In this document: in pieces, positions 28,802-38,629 of the stretch | Numbering within the stretch: position 1 is the stretch's first letter | How the letters are laid out: each line of letters starts with the position of its first letter | IMG/VR virus record: IMGVR_UViG_3300045806_000063 | Location: 1 to 64,000 of that record | Source: a virus | Length of the DNA stretch: 64,000 nucleotides | Direction: 5' to 3' (one strand) | The notes under the pieces: generated by a model | Databases searched by the model: none | What the model was told of the DNA's origin: nothing | Seen by the model: only the letters and a program-made list of their open reading frames with translations | Translations under genes and position numbers: made by a program

Positions 28802-31109
28802 TAAATCTCAATCAAGCATGGGTCGTCAAGCAAAAGAGGCCCTGAAAGCAATTCTCTTGACCCAGACCTCAACCTTTGGTAAGGATGATGTACACGCATA
28901 TCTGGGCCTGGAGTCACTTACCAGCAAAACCAACGAAAAATTATTGATTGACTCTACCAGTCATATCAGTTCATTGCTGAGATCCTCTCCTGAAATTAAT
29001 GCTTATGTGGATCTGATAGCTAAAGGTTGCAAAGGCGTTTATGTCGGTAAAGGTGAAGCTGACACTGCTTTTGGAATGGAAAAGTTACAACAAGACTGGA
29101 AAACTGACACATATGACCGATTAGCAATTTCGGTAATGGCTCAGATGAACCCAGCAAAAACCGTTATGAACTACAACAACATGTGTCCTACTGACACATC
29201 TGCATTAGGCGGCAATTACCATATCCTGAATACTGGCGCTGGTACTTTAGCTTCCTTGTCAAACCCCAAATATTCTCAAGGTTGGGGCTTGGAGTCTTTT
29301 GACCCAGCTACTCATATGGACTTCATTGCGGCTTCCGCATTGATCAACGTAACTGCTACTGTTCCAGGCGCATTTGAAGAAGTATTCTTCCAAGGCATCA
29401 GCTTGCCACCAGGGCAGTCTGGTTTTGACGTAATGGTACAAGTGCCAAAAATCTTGGTTACACGTTTCAGAAACGTGTCATCTGGCGCTGCATGGGATGA
29501 AGAAAAGATTAGCATCGTTCAAGCGGCTTATGATCCATCAATCTTAAGCTCTAACAGTATCAATATCATCCCTATCGTTATTGATGATACCAATCCTCCA
29601 CAACTGGTACCTCAATCAGTTGTTCCTGCCTGGACTGTGAATGTATTGGGTACTGACGTTGAAACCAGACCTATCTTGTTTGGCCCTGAAGTAGGCTTGA
29701 TAGAACTATCCACATTTGGTGCTATTCTGAATAATGGCCAAATGGATGCTACAGATGCACTGTATACTAATGTTGGTGTTCAGGATGTATTTTTCCAAAT
29801 TGACATCAGTGTGGGTACTGCTGGCGTAGGCGATGGCGTCGTAACAACTTCCGCTGTGCTGAAGAATAACGTCACCAGCATAGTTGGTACCTTGCTGCAA
29901 CAAAAGCAAATCGGTCGTGCACAATCATTGCAAACAGTGACCAAAGTTCCTTTATTTGTCACTGAAAACTCCATTCCAGTATCAGGTGCTACCCAAGCTG
30001 AACTGTCAGGCGTTATACAAGCGGCCTTAGGTTTGTCAGCCAGCACTCCTTTTAATCTGAGAGGTGTTTTCACACTGACATCAGAAGCTGATACTGAGAT
30101 TGGCTCAATGATGTGTGGCCAGCTCAACCCTTCCCTCCAAGCGGTTACCGGTACCACTACCTCAGGTATGGAAACTCAGCCAGTGTACAATCTGGCAGCT
30201 CTGAATGGCGGCGCTGGTGCTAGCAAAATTGTCACCACCATTACACCGATTGGCTGGTATCCAAATGCTCGTCGTACCAACTCCAACTTACGTGTCAATG
30301 GTACCATTATTGATGCTAACAACATCGTTAATTACCGGTTACCAATTAACGTATTCCCTCCATTCACTGCACGTACTCCAATTAACCAAACTGATCAAAT
30401 CACATTTGAAACATTGGGTAATGTTACCGCACTTTGGGTATCAGGTCAATGCGTTGATAAATTGATCGAAATGGAAAACTGGCTGGAAACAGTATCTGGT
30501 ACTCCAATGGGTGTAGGTACCATGACTAACCAATGTCCTATCATGGGTGGTGAGTATGTCATTCCAACTCTGCGTACTGATTTGGTTAACATCTATGACC
30601 TGGTTGATAACTGGCAGTCTAAAGATCTGTTGGCTAACATCAGAGCACAATTCCAAGTAACACTGATGTATGCCTCTGCCCAGTTGTACATGGACTCAGG
30701 TTACAGCTCAGCTCTGCAGATGTTACTGCAGGACTTGGACGCATATGAAACTATCGTGGTTACCGATCCATTGATTGCTCAGTTCATGATGGAAGCTGGC
30801 GATATTCGTACTATGGGTGACAACCGTAAATACGTATTCTGCAAAACGAATAATAACAACATTCGTGGCAAAATCTATTACTCTTTCCGTCTGGTTGGCA
30901 GTAGCGATCTGGTACATCCAATGTCTTTCGGTTGCCGTCTCCAGTCACCGAACATCACTTATGAAGTAGTGCCAATGAACCGTGGCGGCGCTAACATCCG
31001 TGAGATTCAATCGATGCCACGTGTGGTACCGTTTGTTAACTTGCCTGTTTTGGGCGTAATCAACGTTGAAGGTTTGTCACAGTTCGCGACTACTGCAGCA
31101 CAACATTAA
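28785..31109 (+). CDS. major capsid protein (phiKZ gp120-like)
   Basis: 774 aa; LGLES, FGME and WGLESF propeptide sites; AAGGA RBS; synteny. Confidence 0.85.
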   Translation: MSILGNKSQSSMGRQAKEALKAILLTQTSTFGKDDVHAYLGLESLTSKTNEKLLIDSTSHISSLLRSSPEINAYVDLIAKGCKGVYVGKGEADTAFGMEKLQQDWKTDTYDRLAISVMAQMNPAKTVMNYNNMCPTDTSALGGNYHILNTGAGTLASLSNPKYSQGWGLESFDPATHMDFIAASALINVTATVPGAFEEVFFQGISLPPGQSGFDVMVQVPKILVTRFRNVSSGAAWDEEKISIVQAAYDPSILSSNSINIIPIVIDDTNPPQLVPQSVVPAWTVNVLGTDVETRPILFGPEVGLIELSTFGAILNNGQMDATDALYTNVGVQDVFFQIDISVGTAGVGDGVVTTSAVLKNNVTSIVGTLLQQKQIGRAQSLQTVTKVPLFVTENSIPVSGATQAELSGVIQAALGLSASTPFNLRGVFTLTSEADTEIGSMMCGQLNPSLQAVTGTTTSGMETQPVYNLAALNGGAGASKIVTTITPIGWYPNARRTNSNLRVNGTIIDANNIVNYRLPINVFPPFTARTPINQTDQITFETLGNVTALWVSGQCVDKLIEMENWLETVSGTPMGVGTMTNQCPIMGGEYVIPTLRTDLVNIYDLVDNWQSKDLLANIRAQFQVTLMYASAQLYMDSGYSSALQMLLQDLDAYETIVVTDPLIAQFMMEAGDIRTMGDNRKYVFCKTNNNNIRGKIYYSFRLVGSSDLVHPMSFGCRLQSPNITYEVVPMNRGGANIREIQSMPRVVPFVNLPVLGVINVEGLSQFATTAAQH

Positions 31110-31129
31110 TCGTTAGTGTTTAATTAGAT

Positions 31130-31167
31130 GTCATCCACCCTCACACCTAGGTGTGAGGGTGGATGAC
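31130..31167. repeat. perfect 38-nt palindrome after capsid gene
   Basis: gtcatccaccctcacacct|aggt... Confidence 0.9.
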
Positions 31168-31178
31168 TCTATTACTGC

Positions 31179-31260
31179 TATTCAAATAATTTTCAAACAT
31201 ACATTATCTAGATGAGATTACTAAATGGTTTTCTTAAGTAGTCATTCTTTTAATGACAAA
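31179..31260 (+). promoter_or_regulatory. conserved promoter + leader, copy 5
   Basis: Near-identical to copy 2 through to the ATG. Confidence 0.8.
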
Positions 31261-31279
31261 GTTGATAGAGGATAAGATT

Positions 31280-31891
31280 ATGAACACATACAAAAATATC
31301 TGGGCAATGATTCAGGTGTACACACTCGTACTGCTCGGAGCAGTACGTGCAGTATGGCTGAAAAAGCACAATAAACCAGTAAGACTTGACCAGCTGTTAA
31401 AGCTGGCGTTGCTAAAGGCCATTACACATGACCTCACTACCTTCTGGAAAAGCCCAGAAGGTAGTGAGGTGAATGTTCCAGCCATAGAGCGTTCAGCGGA
31501 TAGCTGGAATGCCAGCTGGGTACAGGCCCTACAAGCGGCAGGCTCCGCAGAGAATAGTCTGGTGGGGGCTAGCATTAAGTTAGCCGACTATCTTGCCGAC
31601 TACTCTACCCATAAGTTGGTCACTTATGGGGAGCTGCAGTACAATCTTAACAATGCAGTGCGGAGGTGTACGCTGGCTAATAAGGCCGAGTTTGATGCTA
31701 TGGGAATGGATATGAGAGTGGTACGACTACCCCACGTCTTATTCCTGGCGTATGTTGAACACCTCAAACAGTCCAGAGATTTCTTCTGGGCCCATGGGGT
31801 GTTGAAGCAAGTAAGTTCTGCGGCGAAGTCCGTGGAGTATCAGCTGTACTTATCTCCTGAACAGAGAGGTACGACTGTAGTAGGTTTATAA
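31280..31891 (+). CDS. hypothetical protein, cassette 5
   Basis: ATG after GAGGA in repeat copy 5; visibly GC-rich. Confidence 0.7.
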   Translation: MNTYKNIWAMIQVYTLVLLGAVRAVWLKKHNKPVRLDQLLKLALLKAITHDLTTFWKSPEGSEVNVPAIERSADSWNASWVQALQAAGSAENSLVGASIKLADYLADYSTHKLVTYGELQYNLNNAVRRCTLANKAEFDAMGMDMRVVRLPHVLFLAYVEHLKQSRDFFWAHGVLKQVSSAAKSVEYQLYLSPEQRGTTVVGL

Positions 31892-31908
31892 ACCTATTAC
31901 CATATGGC

Positions 31909-31934
31909 AGATAGAGACATTAATGTCTCTATCT
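31909..31934. repeat. perfect 26-nt palindrome, T-tract follows
   Basis: agatagagacatt|aatg... Confidence 0.9.
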
Positions 31935-31957
31935 ATTTTTTTTTTCATCTATCTTTG

Positions 31958-31976
31958 AAACATATATTATCTATAG
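31958..31976 (+). promoter_or_regulatory. early-type promoter core
   Basis: AAACATATATTATCTATAG. Confidence 0.55.
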
Positions 31977-32000
31977 GCATTACAGCATAAAAGGAAAAAT

Positions 32001-33068
32001 ATGTTAACTTCTAAAATATCAAAAGACAATAAAGGTATAAAGAGAGAGTATAAAGGTTTGCAGGTAACGACTACTTTTATTAATTACTCTAAGTACCATT
32101 TGGTGATATGTTTTAGGGATGGATGTTATTCAGTTTTATCGCCATCCGATAAAGACCCTTATCAGGATATTTTAATGGTAGGGCACCAAAAATCAAATCT
32201 TAAAGATGGTATTTTAACCGTAGATGGAGTTGAAGATGAAAGACTTATGCACATTAAAGAAAAGCTAAAAGTTAATCATCGGCATGTTGAATGGGAGGAG
32301 TCAATAGATATCAGTTCGTTAGCGGATACAAGGGGGGGAAAGTATATTTATGATTTAGATATCTACATTGGTATTGTGGATAATTTAGATTTTGAACATT
32401 TTCATCCGTTTTCCTTTCAGCATATAACGAACAGAGAATTGAATCCTGGGGTAGAATTTGACCCAAAGACACAAATAAGCTTTACTATAAAAATTGTAGA
32501 TAATGAGTTACCTGGTGTAGATTACTATACAGTAATTAATGATGACATAGTGCATTTAAAAAGCGAACTATCATCGTTTCGCAATAGTGGTTTATACGTT
32601 ATTGGGGTACCAGAGTTAGATACTGTTAAAACAAATAAAATGAGGAAGACAGATAAATACAGTATACCGCAAGCTTTAGAAGGTGTAAGTAAGTTTAAGT
32701 TATTCAAATCAATTGCCGATGCTACTATTTACCTTAATGAAAGAGGTACTTTAGCCTCGGTTAGTAAGCTTGAACTATCAAGGCAGGAGACAAAGAACCT
32801 TGAGATGAAGAAAGCATTGGAACAGTTACAGCATGAGAATGCTTTAATAAATGCAAACAGGTCTAAGACCGAGAATGAACTCAAGTCATATCAGGAGGAA
32901 TATGAGAGAGACTTACAAAATAGGAAGCAGGACTTTGAATTACGAATACAGAAACTAAAAGAGGAAGCAGCTATTGAAACTCAAGTAAATAAGTCTAATG
33001 TTGAGACACTAAAAGTAATAGGAGGAGGTTTAGCTTTGGGCGTATTACTCTTGAAAATATTTTTATAA
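32001..33068 (+). CDS. hypothetical protein with coiled coil and C-terminal TM (phiKZ gp122-like)
   Basis: AAGGA RBS; C-terminal hydrophobic tail. Confidence 0.6.
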   Translation: MLTSKISKDNKGIKREYKGLQVTTTFINYSKYHLVICFRDGCYSVLSPSDKDPYQDILMVGHQKSNLKDGILTVDGVEDERLMHIKEKLKVNHRHVEWEESIDISSLADTRGGKYIYDLDIYIGIVDNLDFEHFHPFSFQHITNRELNPGVEFDPKTQISFTIKIVDNELPGVDYYTVINDDIVHLKSELSSFRNSGLYVIGVPELDTVKTNKMRKTDKYSIPQALEGVSKFKLFKSIADATIYLNERGTLASVSKLELSRQETKNLEMKKALEQLQHENALINANRSKTENELKSYQEEYERDLQNRKQDFELRIQKLKEEAAIETQVNKSNVETLKVIGGGLALGVLLLKIFL

Positions 33069-33120
33069 TATACAGCCACTATTAATGATGTGATATAACC
33101 TATGTCAGTTTGGAGGCTAG

Positions 33121-34737
33121 ATGTCAAAAGTAGATTTAAACATGCAAAAATGGCTTAATGCCAGAACCCCAAAATTAAATAGAGGTATAGTGGAAGGGTT
33201 ATCACATTTACACTCCCCTAATATCGAAAAATTAATTGAGAGATTATGGGTATGTTCTAGTAAAGGATATCCTCCAGGAATCACGTATGAGGGAGGAAGG
33301 AGATGTACGGCTAAGGAAAGCTTTCTTGAAGTAACAAAATCAAATGCCCCGAATAGAGCATTCGAAATGTCGACATCTGACATGTATTTAATGCGGTATG
33401 ATTTCGCATTTCATGGAGTCCCTCTTAGTCCTAGACATATATTCCTGCCATTCATTAGACCAGGTGGTCTTTTCACTGTCAGAGATACTCAGTATATGGT
33501 AACTCCTGTGATTTCAGGCAGGATCTTTAATATTGAACATGGGGAGATTTATTTACCATCTACTCGATTAAGGATGGGGTTCTGGCAAAAGGAGGTATCG
33601 TGTATTCTTAATGATAGAGAGATCAATAGATCCTCTGTTGGTGGGTATTTGTACTATATACATCCTGATACAAAACGGTCTAAACTAAACCCCTTACTGG
33701 TTCATTATCTTTTAGCTAAGTTCGGTATCGTAGATACTCTTAAGTTTTATGGAGTAAATGCGAAATTAGGCTATCAGGAATTGGATGAATTAGATAAGTC
33801 TGAGTGGTTCGTGTTTAGAAGTAAACAGATGGCAATAAAAAATAGATCAGCTAAGGAGTATCCTCCTACTGAGCTTAGGATTGCTATTTCTAAAGACAGT
33901 TATTATGTCTTGATCTGTGATATCATTGCTAGTATTTTCTATATACTGGATAATGTACTTTGTAATACCTCGGACATTGCTGAATTAGTAAATCCTAATT
34001 ACTGGTTACGGCTACTATACTTCTTCATATTCAAAGAGACTTGTAGTGAAAATAAAATGGTCGAGAAAATGACTAAACATATGGAGTCAATGGAATCGAC
34101 CATTGATGAAATTACAATTGATGGCTTCAAAAGAGCTAATCTAAATTGTACAACAGTGTTTGAGTTATTTAGATTCTTAACAATTAATTTCAATGACCTA
34201 TGCATCCATTACGACTATGGGACTATGTATGATCTTGAGATTAGAACTATTGAACCATTGACTTTCGGTATACGGAAAGACATTACAAATGCGATGTATC
34301 GCTTGCAGAAAATTCCACCTAATAATTTAACTGCAGCTAAAATTAATTTTGTATTATCCCATTCTATTGACCGAGATACAATCCTGTCAGTTAAAGGACA
34401 TGGAGAGCTAGAACCAAGCAGCATTGCATCCACCTGTATGCTCTATGGACCAACTGCTGACATAATAACCTACAGTAAAGCCACTTCATCTGGAGGGGAT
34501 TCACTTACTGATTTAAATGATCCTAACCTATTAATGCATTATAGTCTACTAGAGGTAAGCAGTTATAATGCCTGCACTGGTAAGGAGTTGTCTGGGAGAG
34601 GACTATTAAATCCTCATCAGTCATTTGTACATGGTAATGTTACCAGTCCATCTAAGAAACATGCAGAAAAGTTAGCATTGTTAAATGATCAATTAACTCA
34701 ACACAAAAGAAAACATGAGGCAAAAGAATGCTTATAG
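33121..34737 (+). CDS. non-virion RNA polymerase beta subunit fragment (phiKZ gp123-like)
   Basis: FLPF..PGGLFTVR..QY...P region and GRGLLNP; synteny after capsid gene. Confidence 0.75.
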   Translation: MSKVDLNMQKWLNARTPKLNRGIVEGLSHLHSPNIEKLIERLWVCSSKGYPPGITYEGGRRCTAKESFLEVTKSNAPNRAFEMSTSDMYLMRYDFAFHGVPLSPRHIFLPFIRPGGLFTVRDTQYMVTPVISGRIFNIEHGEIYLPSTRLRMGFWQKEVSCILNDREINRSSVGGYLYYIHPDTKRSKLNPLLVHYLLAKFGIVDTLKFYGVNAKLGYQELDELDKSEWFVFRSKQMAIKNRSAKEYPPTELRIAISKDSYYVLICDIIASIFYILDNVLCNTSDIAELVNPNYWLRLLYFFIFKETCSENKMVEKMTKHMESMESTIDEITIDGFKRANLNCTTVFELFRFLTINFNDLCIHYDYGTMYDLEIRTIEPLTFGIRKDITNAMYRLQKIPPNNLTAAKINFVLSHSIDRDTILSVKGHGELEPSSIASTCMLYGPTADIITYSKATSSGGDSLTDLNDPNLLMHYSLLEVSSYNACTGKELSGRGLLNPHQSFVHGNVTSPSKKHAEKLALLNDQLTQHKRKHEAKECL

Positions 34738-36149
34738 GAGACACTCGTGGTAGAGGTAGTATGAGAGGTACTGTTGAACAAGAAACAGACATTGAACAAG
34801 AGATTTTTGATAATGTCTGCGAAGACTTTAAAGTATCTTCAATGGAGAGAAGACAATTTCAATTACTAGCAGATAAGGAGTATCAAAAACTATTCGATTT
34901 AATATCTCCGTATATTAATGAGAGTAAATGGATAGATCTTGTTAGGATTATAATGCTCAATCTATTAGGGGAAACAATACCGGCCCTTTATGATAAAGAA
35001 TCTAATGACTATGAGCCAGACATCTATACAGCAATGGCAGATCTTGAGAAACTTGTCGATAAGATATCCAACCCAGAACCAGCCAGAAGAGATCTTCGCC
35101 CATCCAACACAGATAGAGGAAGATCATCTCCGTCTACTTTTAGAGGCGGTAGCAGAAATTCGGGCAGAAGAACACAGTCTGCATCAATTAACAATACCCG
35201 GAGAAATAACGACATGTTTGACCCAGACGACCATAGAACACAAGGAGAAACAATTCGGCAGAATACTCCTCCGTTCAAAGCAGGAAAGAATGTAACTGAA
35301 GTAGTAGTTGAAAAACTGATACCAGTAACAGTGCCTGGAATGGTGGATCGTACTGCTGCATTTGATCCTACCATCAGAACTGGGTTAAATGGTGGTGAAT
35401 CCATTGAGTGTTATCAACTGTGTGATATTGGAAGTAACTTTGGCGATTATCCAGTTCTGTATAAGCATTGGGTGGAAGAAAGAATGGCCTATGGTCTTCT
35501 TTCGGTAGATGAGCCAAGTGTGACAGCTATTGAGAACATTTTTAATGAACTTGGAGAAGTAGCTACGATTGATAGACTAGTAGCTTTAATAAAGGAATTA
35601 CAAAGTCATGGAAAGTTGGAGACGGTTTATTGGTTATCCAACCGAATATCTGCACTAGTGTTAGATTATCTTGACACTAAATTTGAAATGCGTGATCAAG
35701 AGTCGTTTCCTCTACTCACTCGTCCAGACGACTGTATAGAGTACTTAAAGGATGCAAATATTCTGGACCAGGTTTCAAAGCTAGTTACTGTGTTTATAAA
35801 TAAGTTATTCTCGAACTGGTATTTCTTCAGATGCGAAACACATGAAGAAGACACAGTTAGTGCTGAGGATAAACTGTCGATTGACACAGTGGTGGTGTTA
35901 AGATATACGGTACCGATTCTAATTCTGCCGTATATCACAAGCTATCAAAGAATATCGAAGACGTTCAAGATACTAACCTCATCAGTAGAGGAAAATGTAG
36001 CAAATTTCTTAGTTCAGAAAGCTTTTGTTAAGATACCCCCTACTGAACATGAGTTATACATTTGTGATAAATCCTATAACCTGTACAAGACTACACGGTG
36101 GATTGATGAGAAGGTCGAAAATATGGAACATGCTATTGTAAAAGCTTAA
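34728..36149 (+). CDS. hypothetical protein with Arg/Ser-rich linker
   Basis: 473-aa ORF. Confidence 0.6.
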   Translation: MLIGDTRGRGSMRGTVEQETDIEQEIFDNVCEDFKVSSMERRQFQLLADKEYQKLFDLISPYINESKWIDLVRIIMLNLLGETIPALYDKESNDYEPDIYTAMADLEKLVDKISNPEPARRDLRPSNTDRGRSSPSTFRGGSRNSGRRTQSASINNTRRNNDMFDPDDHRTQGETIRQNTPPFKAGKNVTEVVVEKLIPVTVPGMVDRTAAFDPTIRTGLNGGESIECYQLCDIGSNFGDYPVLYKHWVEERMAYGLLSVDEPSVTAIENIFNELGEVATIDRLVALIKELQSHGKLETVYWLSNRISALVLDYLDTKFEMRDQESFPLLTRPDDCIEYLKDANILDQVSKLVTVFINKLFSNWYFFRCETHEEDTVSAEDKLSIDTVVVLRYTVPILILPYITSYQRISKTFKILTSSVEENVANFLVQKAFVKIPPTEHELYICDKSYNLYKTTRWIDEKVENMEHAIVKA

Positions 36150-36170
36150 GGAGGTAGCTTAGTTAAGGTA

Positions 36171-36205
36171 AGTGATGGATTCGGCATAGTGCCGAATCCA
36201 TCACT
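36171..36205. repeat. palindrome, 16-bp arms, TAG spacer
   Basis: agtgatggattcggca tag tgcc... Confidence 0.9.
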
Positions 36206-36213
36206 ATTACCGT

Positions 36214-36295
36214 TATTCAAATAATTTTCATTTATATATCATCTAGATGAGATTACTAAATAGTTTTCTTAAGTAGTCATTCTTTTAATGACAAA
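36214..36295 (+). promoter_or_regulatory. conserved promoter + leader, copy 6
   Basis: Near-identical to the other copies. Confidence 0.8.
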
Positions 36296-36314
36296 ATTGA
36301 TAGAGGATAGGATT

Positions 36315-36860
36315 ATGAACATAGCTGAATTGAGAGATGTCGTTCGTGCCGTTGCAATTGCAGAGACGCAGGCTGATGCCCCCCTGACCTTATACTCCAA
36401 AAATGGGAGTATGGGAGAAGATGACCAAACGGTAACCGTAGATGTATACGGAAAACCGGGTCCAGAAGGAGAAGACAATCCAGCGATCTTCAGCGGAAAA
36501 CCGGACTGCGTAGGGTATGACGCGCGTAGCAATTACGCGCATACTGAGCCATATATAGTGGCCCCCACAGGAAGTATCCATAACTGGGTACAGGATAACT
36601 ATCCAACAGCATTCTGGTACTTGGTGAATTTCAGTACATGGAAACGTTGGGATAGGAATCCTCAGGAACGATGCACTACAGGTGCTTCATTTCGGGTTCA
36701 AGCCGGTATGGCTTCAATCTTTACACTCATTTCGGTGGAGGAGTTCATAGCTACGAATGGCGACACCACCACAGTCAAAATCACCGCAGGTATTGACTGT
36801 GACTGCAGCATCACAGCTGAGACCGTGTATGCAGATAACAACACTTCTAAGACCGATTAA
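36315..36860 (+). CDS. hypothetical protein, cassette 6
   Basis: ATG after GAGGA in repeat copy 6; visibly GC-rich. Confidence 0.7.
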   Translation: MNIAELRDVVRAVAIAETQADAPLTLYSKNGSMGEDDQTVTVDVYGKPGPEGEDNPAIFSGKPDCVGYDARSNYAHTEPYIVAPTGSIHNWVQDNYPTAFWYLVNFSTWKRWDRNPQERCTTGASFRVQAGMASIFTLISVEEFIATNGDTTTVKITAGIDCDCSITAETVYADNNTSKTD

Positions 36861-36874
36861 CATCTAAATAACTC

Positions 36875-36914
36875 TCCAGTACCAGACTACCCATATGGGT
36901 AGTCTGGTACTGGA
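36875..36914. repeat. perfect 40-nt palindrome
   Basis: tccagtaccagactacccat|atgg... Confidence 0.9.
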
Positions 36915-36922
36915 ATCATCTA

Positions 36923-37198
36923 CTATTCTTTATTATCTTTTTTTGCACTTTCAGTTAATGATTTTGACATCCAAATTAACCGTCTTTGGGTTTTCTTATA
37001 CTTAAGACATCCCATTATGTTCTTATAGGTGGATATGGCTTGTGATATTGTAACCAGTAATCCGATGATCCACTTTATTGCTGTTTCAATATCACAGTAA
37101 TAGTGGGTATCTTTCAGTGTCGAGTATATGGTTTTGATATAGACAATAACATTACCTATAGCTCCATTTATGATGAGTTCATTAACTGGCGGCTCCAT
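36923..37198 (-). CDS. hypothetical protein
   Basis: AGGAG RBS on minus strand. Confidence 0.55.
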   Translation of the reverse strand: MEPPVNELIINGAIGNVIVYIKTIYSTLKDTHYYCDIETAIKWIIGLLVTISQAISTYKNIMGCLKYKKTQRRLIWMSKSLTESAKKDNKE

Positions 37199-37207
37199 TG
37201 GAATCTC

Positions 37208-37759
37208 CTATTGGATTGCATTTAGCATATCACAGATACAAAGTCCCACCGCGATAGCATCTACGCTATCTGGACCTAAGTCATTTAAATTGATCGAATC
37301 ATAATATAAAGATCTTTTTTTAATGGCCTCCAACATTAATGATTTATCGCCAGAGTTTCCTTTTACTTTTAAATTTGATTTAACTATTGCAGCTGGTATC
37401 TTTTCAAAATAGATACCCGGGTTAATAGTTAAAGCACAGTTTTGTATAATTCCCACTATGGCCATTAATGGCCCATATGCAGCAGGGAATTTAGGATTCC
37501 AGTAAGGGATTTCAGACCCTACTACAAGAGGGGTGTACTCCTCGAATAGTTCAGTTATTTTTTTGCAGATAAACGCATGTTTAGCAGCAGTAGAGCCATT
37601 GTTATTCAGTAAGTATGCGAAAGGTTTCAGTTCCTTACTTAGTTCATACGTGGCAGCGTATAGAAGGCTAATCTCACCTAAGTGATTAAGGTTGAGAATA
37701 GCCATACCGCACTTGGTTGTGCCAGGGTCTATCGCTAATATGTTAATAGACTCTATCAC
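37208..37759 (-). CDS. ruvC: RuvC-like Holliday junction resolvase
   Basis: ILAIDPGT, SEIP, VKG..GDK, D.VDAIAVG. Confidence 0.85.
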   Translation of the reverse strand: MIESINILAIDPGTTKCGMAILNLNHLGEISLLYAATYELSKELKPFAYLLNNNGSTAAKHAFICKKITELFEEYTPLVVGSEIPYWNPKFPAAYGPLMAIVGIIQNCALTINPGIYFEKIPAAIVKSNLKVKGNSGDKSLMLEAIKKRSLYYDSINLNDLGPDSVDAIAVGLCICDMLNAIQ

Positions 37760-38620
37760 TTAACTGTTGCTAGTAAATAGTGGTTGAGTGGAACCAATTG
37801 ACATGTTAATGTCAAATGCTAAACTTGGATTAGCATTTAAGTTTTGGTTTAAGGTTAAGAAGTTAACAATCTGTGCACACTGTATTTCAGTGTAAGTGAC
37901 TGTCGATCCACCATAAACATATGAAGAAGTAACATCAAAGCCTGACACAATTGCAGCTTCATTAATTACAGCAGTATTGGCATCACCATATAACAAGGTA
38001 CACGCATTAATAATACCGGTAACATCAGCCTGTGTAATAGCAATTGATGTTGGTATGGTTGTACTGATATGATGACCACTAGCTATATTGGTTCTAACTG
38101 AACTAGCAGTGATCATGTTAGGTGTTTGATTAGCCGAAGAAGGAGTAAATGTAGCCTGATTCGTAATAGCATTTGATGCCACTGTAAAGGTAGTAAACTC
38201 TACTGACATAGGCGCCCAAGTGATTACCTTTAAGTAATAGCATACAGAAGGAACTCCACCGATAGTAGCTGGTATTCTCAGCCTATAATTAGCCTGCTCT
38301 GCTAATGAAAGATCAGCATTAGCAGGTACTACCAGCCATGGTATTTGAGATGCTAAAGCAGCATCATCACAGGTATGAACCAGCTGAGCTGTAAAGGATG
38401 ATCCAAACACAGATTGCTGTCCACCATTACCTATTGCTAAGTAACCTAATGTCGGATATAGAGTAGCAGGTACAGCAGGATTTGGGGTAGGTGGAGAAGC
38501 ATATGGTATTCCCCATTTCTCATTTAAGGTAGTACCGCTATCAGCAGTAAAAGTCAGATTGAAGTTTTTTAACAAAGCTAATTTCTGACCATAGATCGTA
38601 GGGAAAGATGAAGTTATCAT
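37760..38620 (-). CDS. virion structural protein (phiKZ gp127-like)
   Basis: GYLAIGNGGQ, YYLK; synteny. Confidence 0.6.
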   Translation of the reverse strand: MITSSFPTIYGQKLALLKNFNLTFTADSGTTLNEKWGIPYASPPTPNPAVPATLYPTLGYLAIGNGGQQSVFGSSFTAQLVHTCDDAALASQIPWLVVPANADLSLAEQANYRLRIPATIGGVPSVCYYLKVITWAPMSVEFTTFTVASNAITNQATFTPSSANQTPNMITASSVRTNIASGHHISTTIPTSIAITQADVTGIINACTLLYGDANTAVINEAAIVSGFDVTSSYVYGGSTVTYTEIQCAQIVNFLTLNQNLNANPSLAFDINMSIGSTQPLFTSNS

Positions 38621-38629
38621 TATAGAACC

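Noticed and set aside
3001-34737. Introns, inteins or homing endonucleases in polymerase, helicase or RNAP
   Set aside because: ORFs are continuous with no HNH, LAGLIDADG, GIY-YIG or intein motifs seen; split polymerases are normal for this group.
4731-36295. Six repeats as a CRISPR array
   Set aside because: Copies are kilobases apart, about 83 bp long and separated by whole genes; no cas genes.
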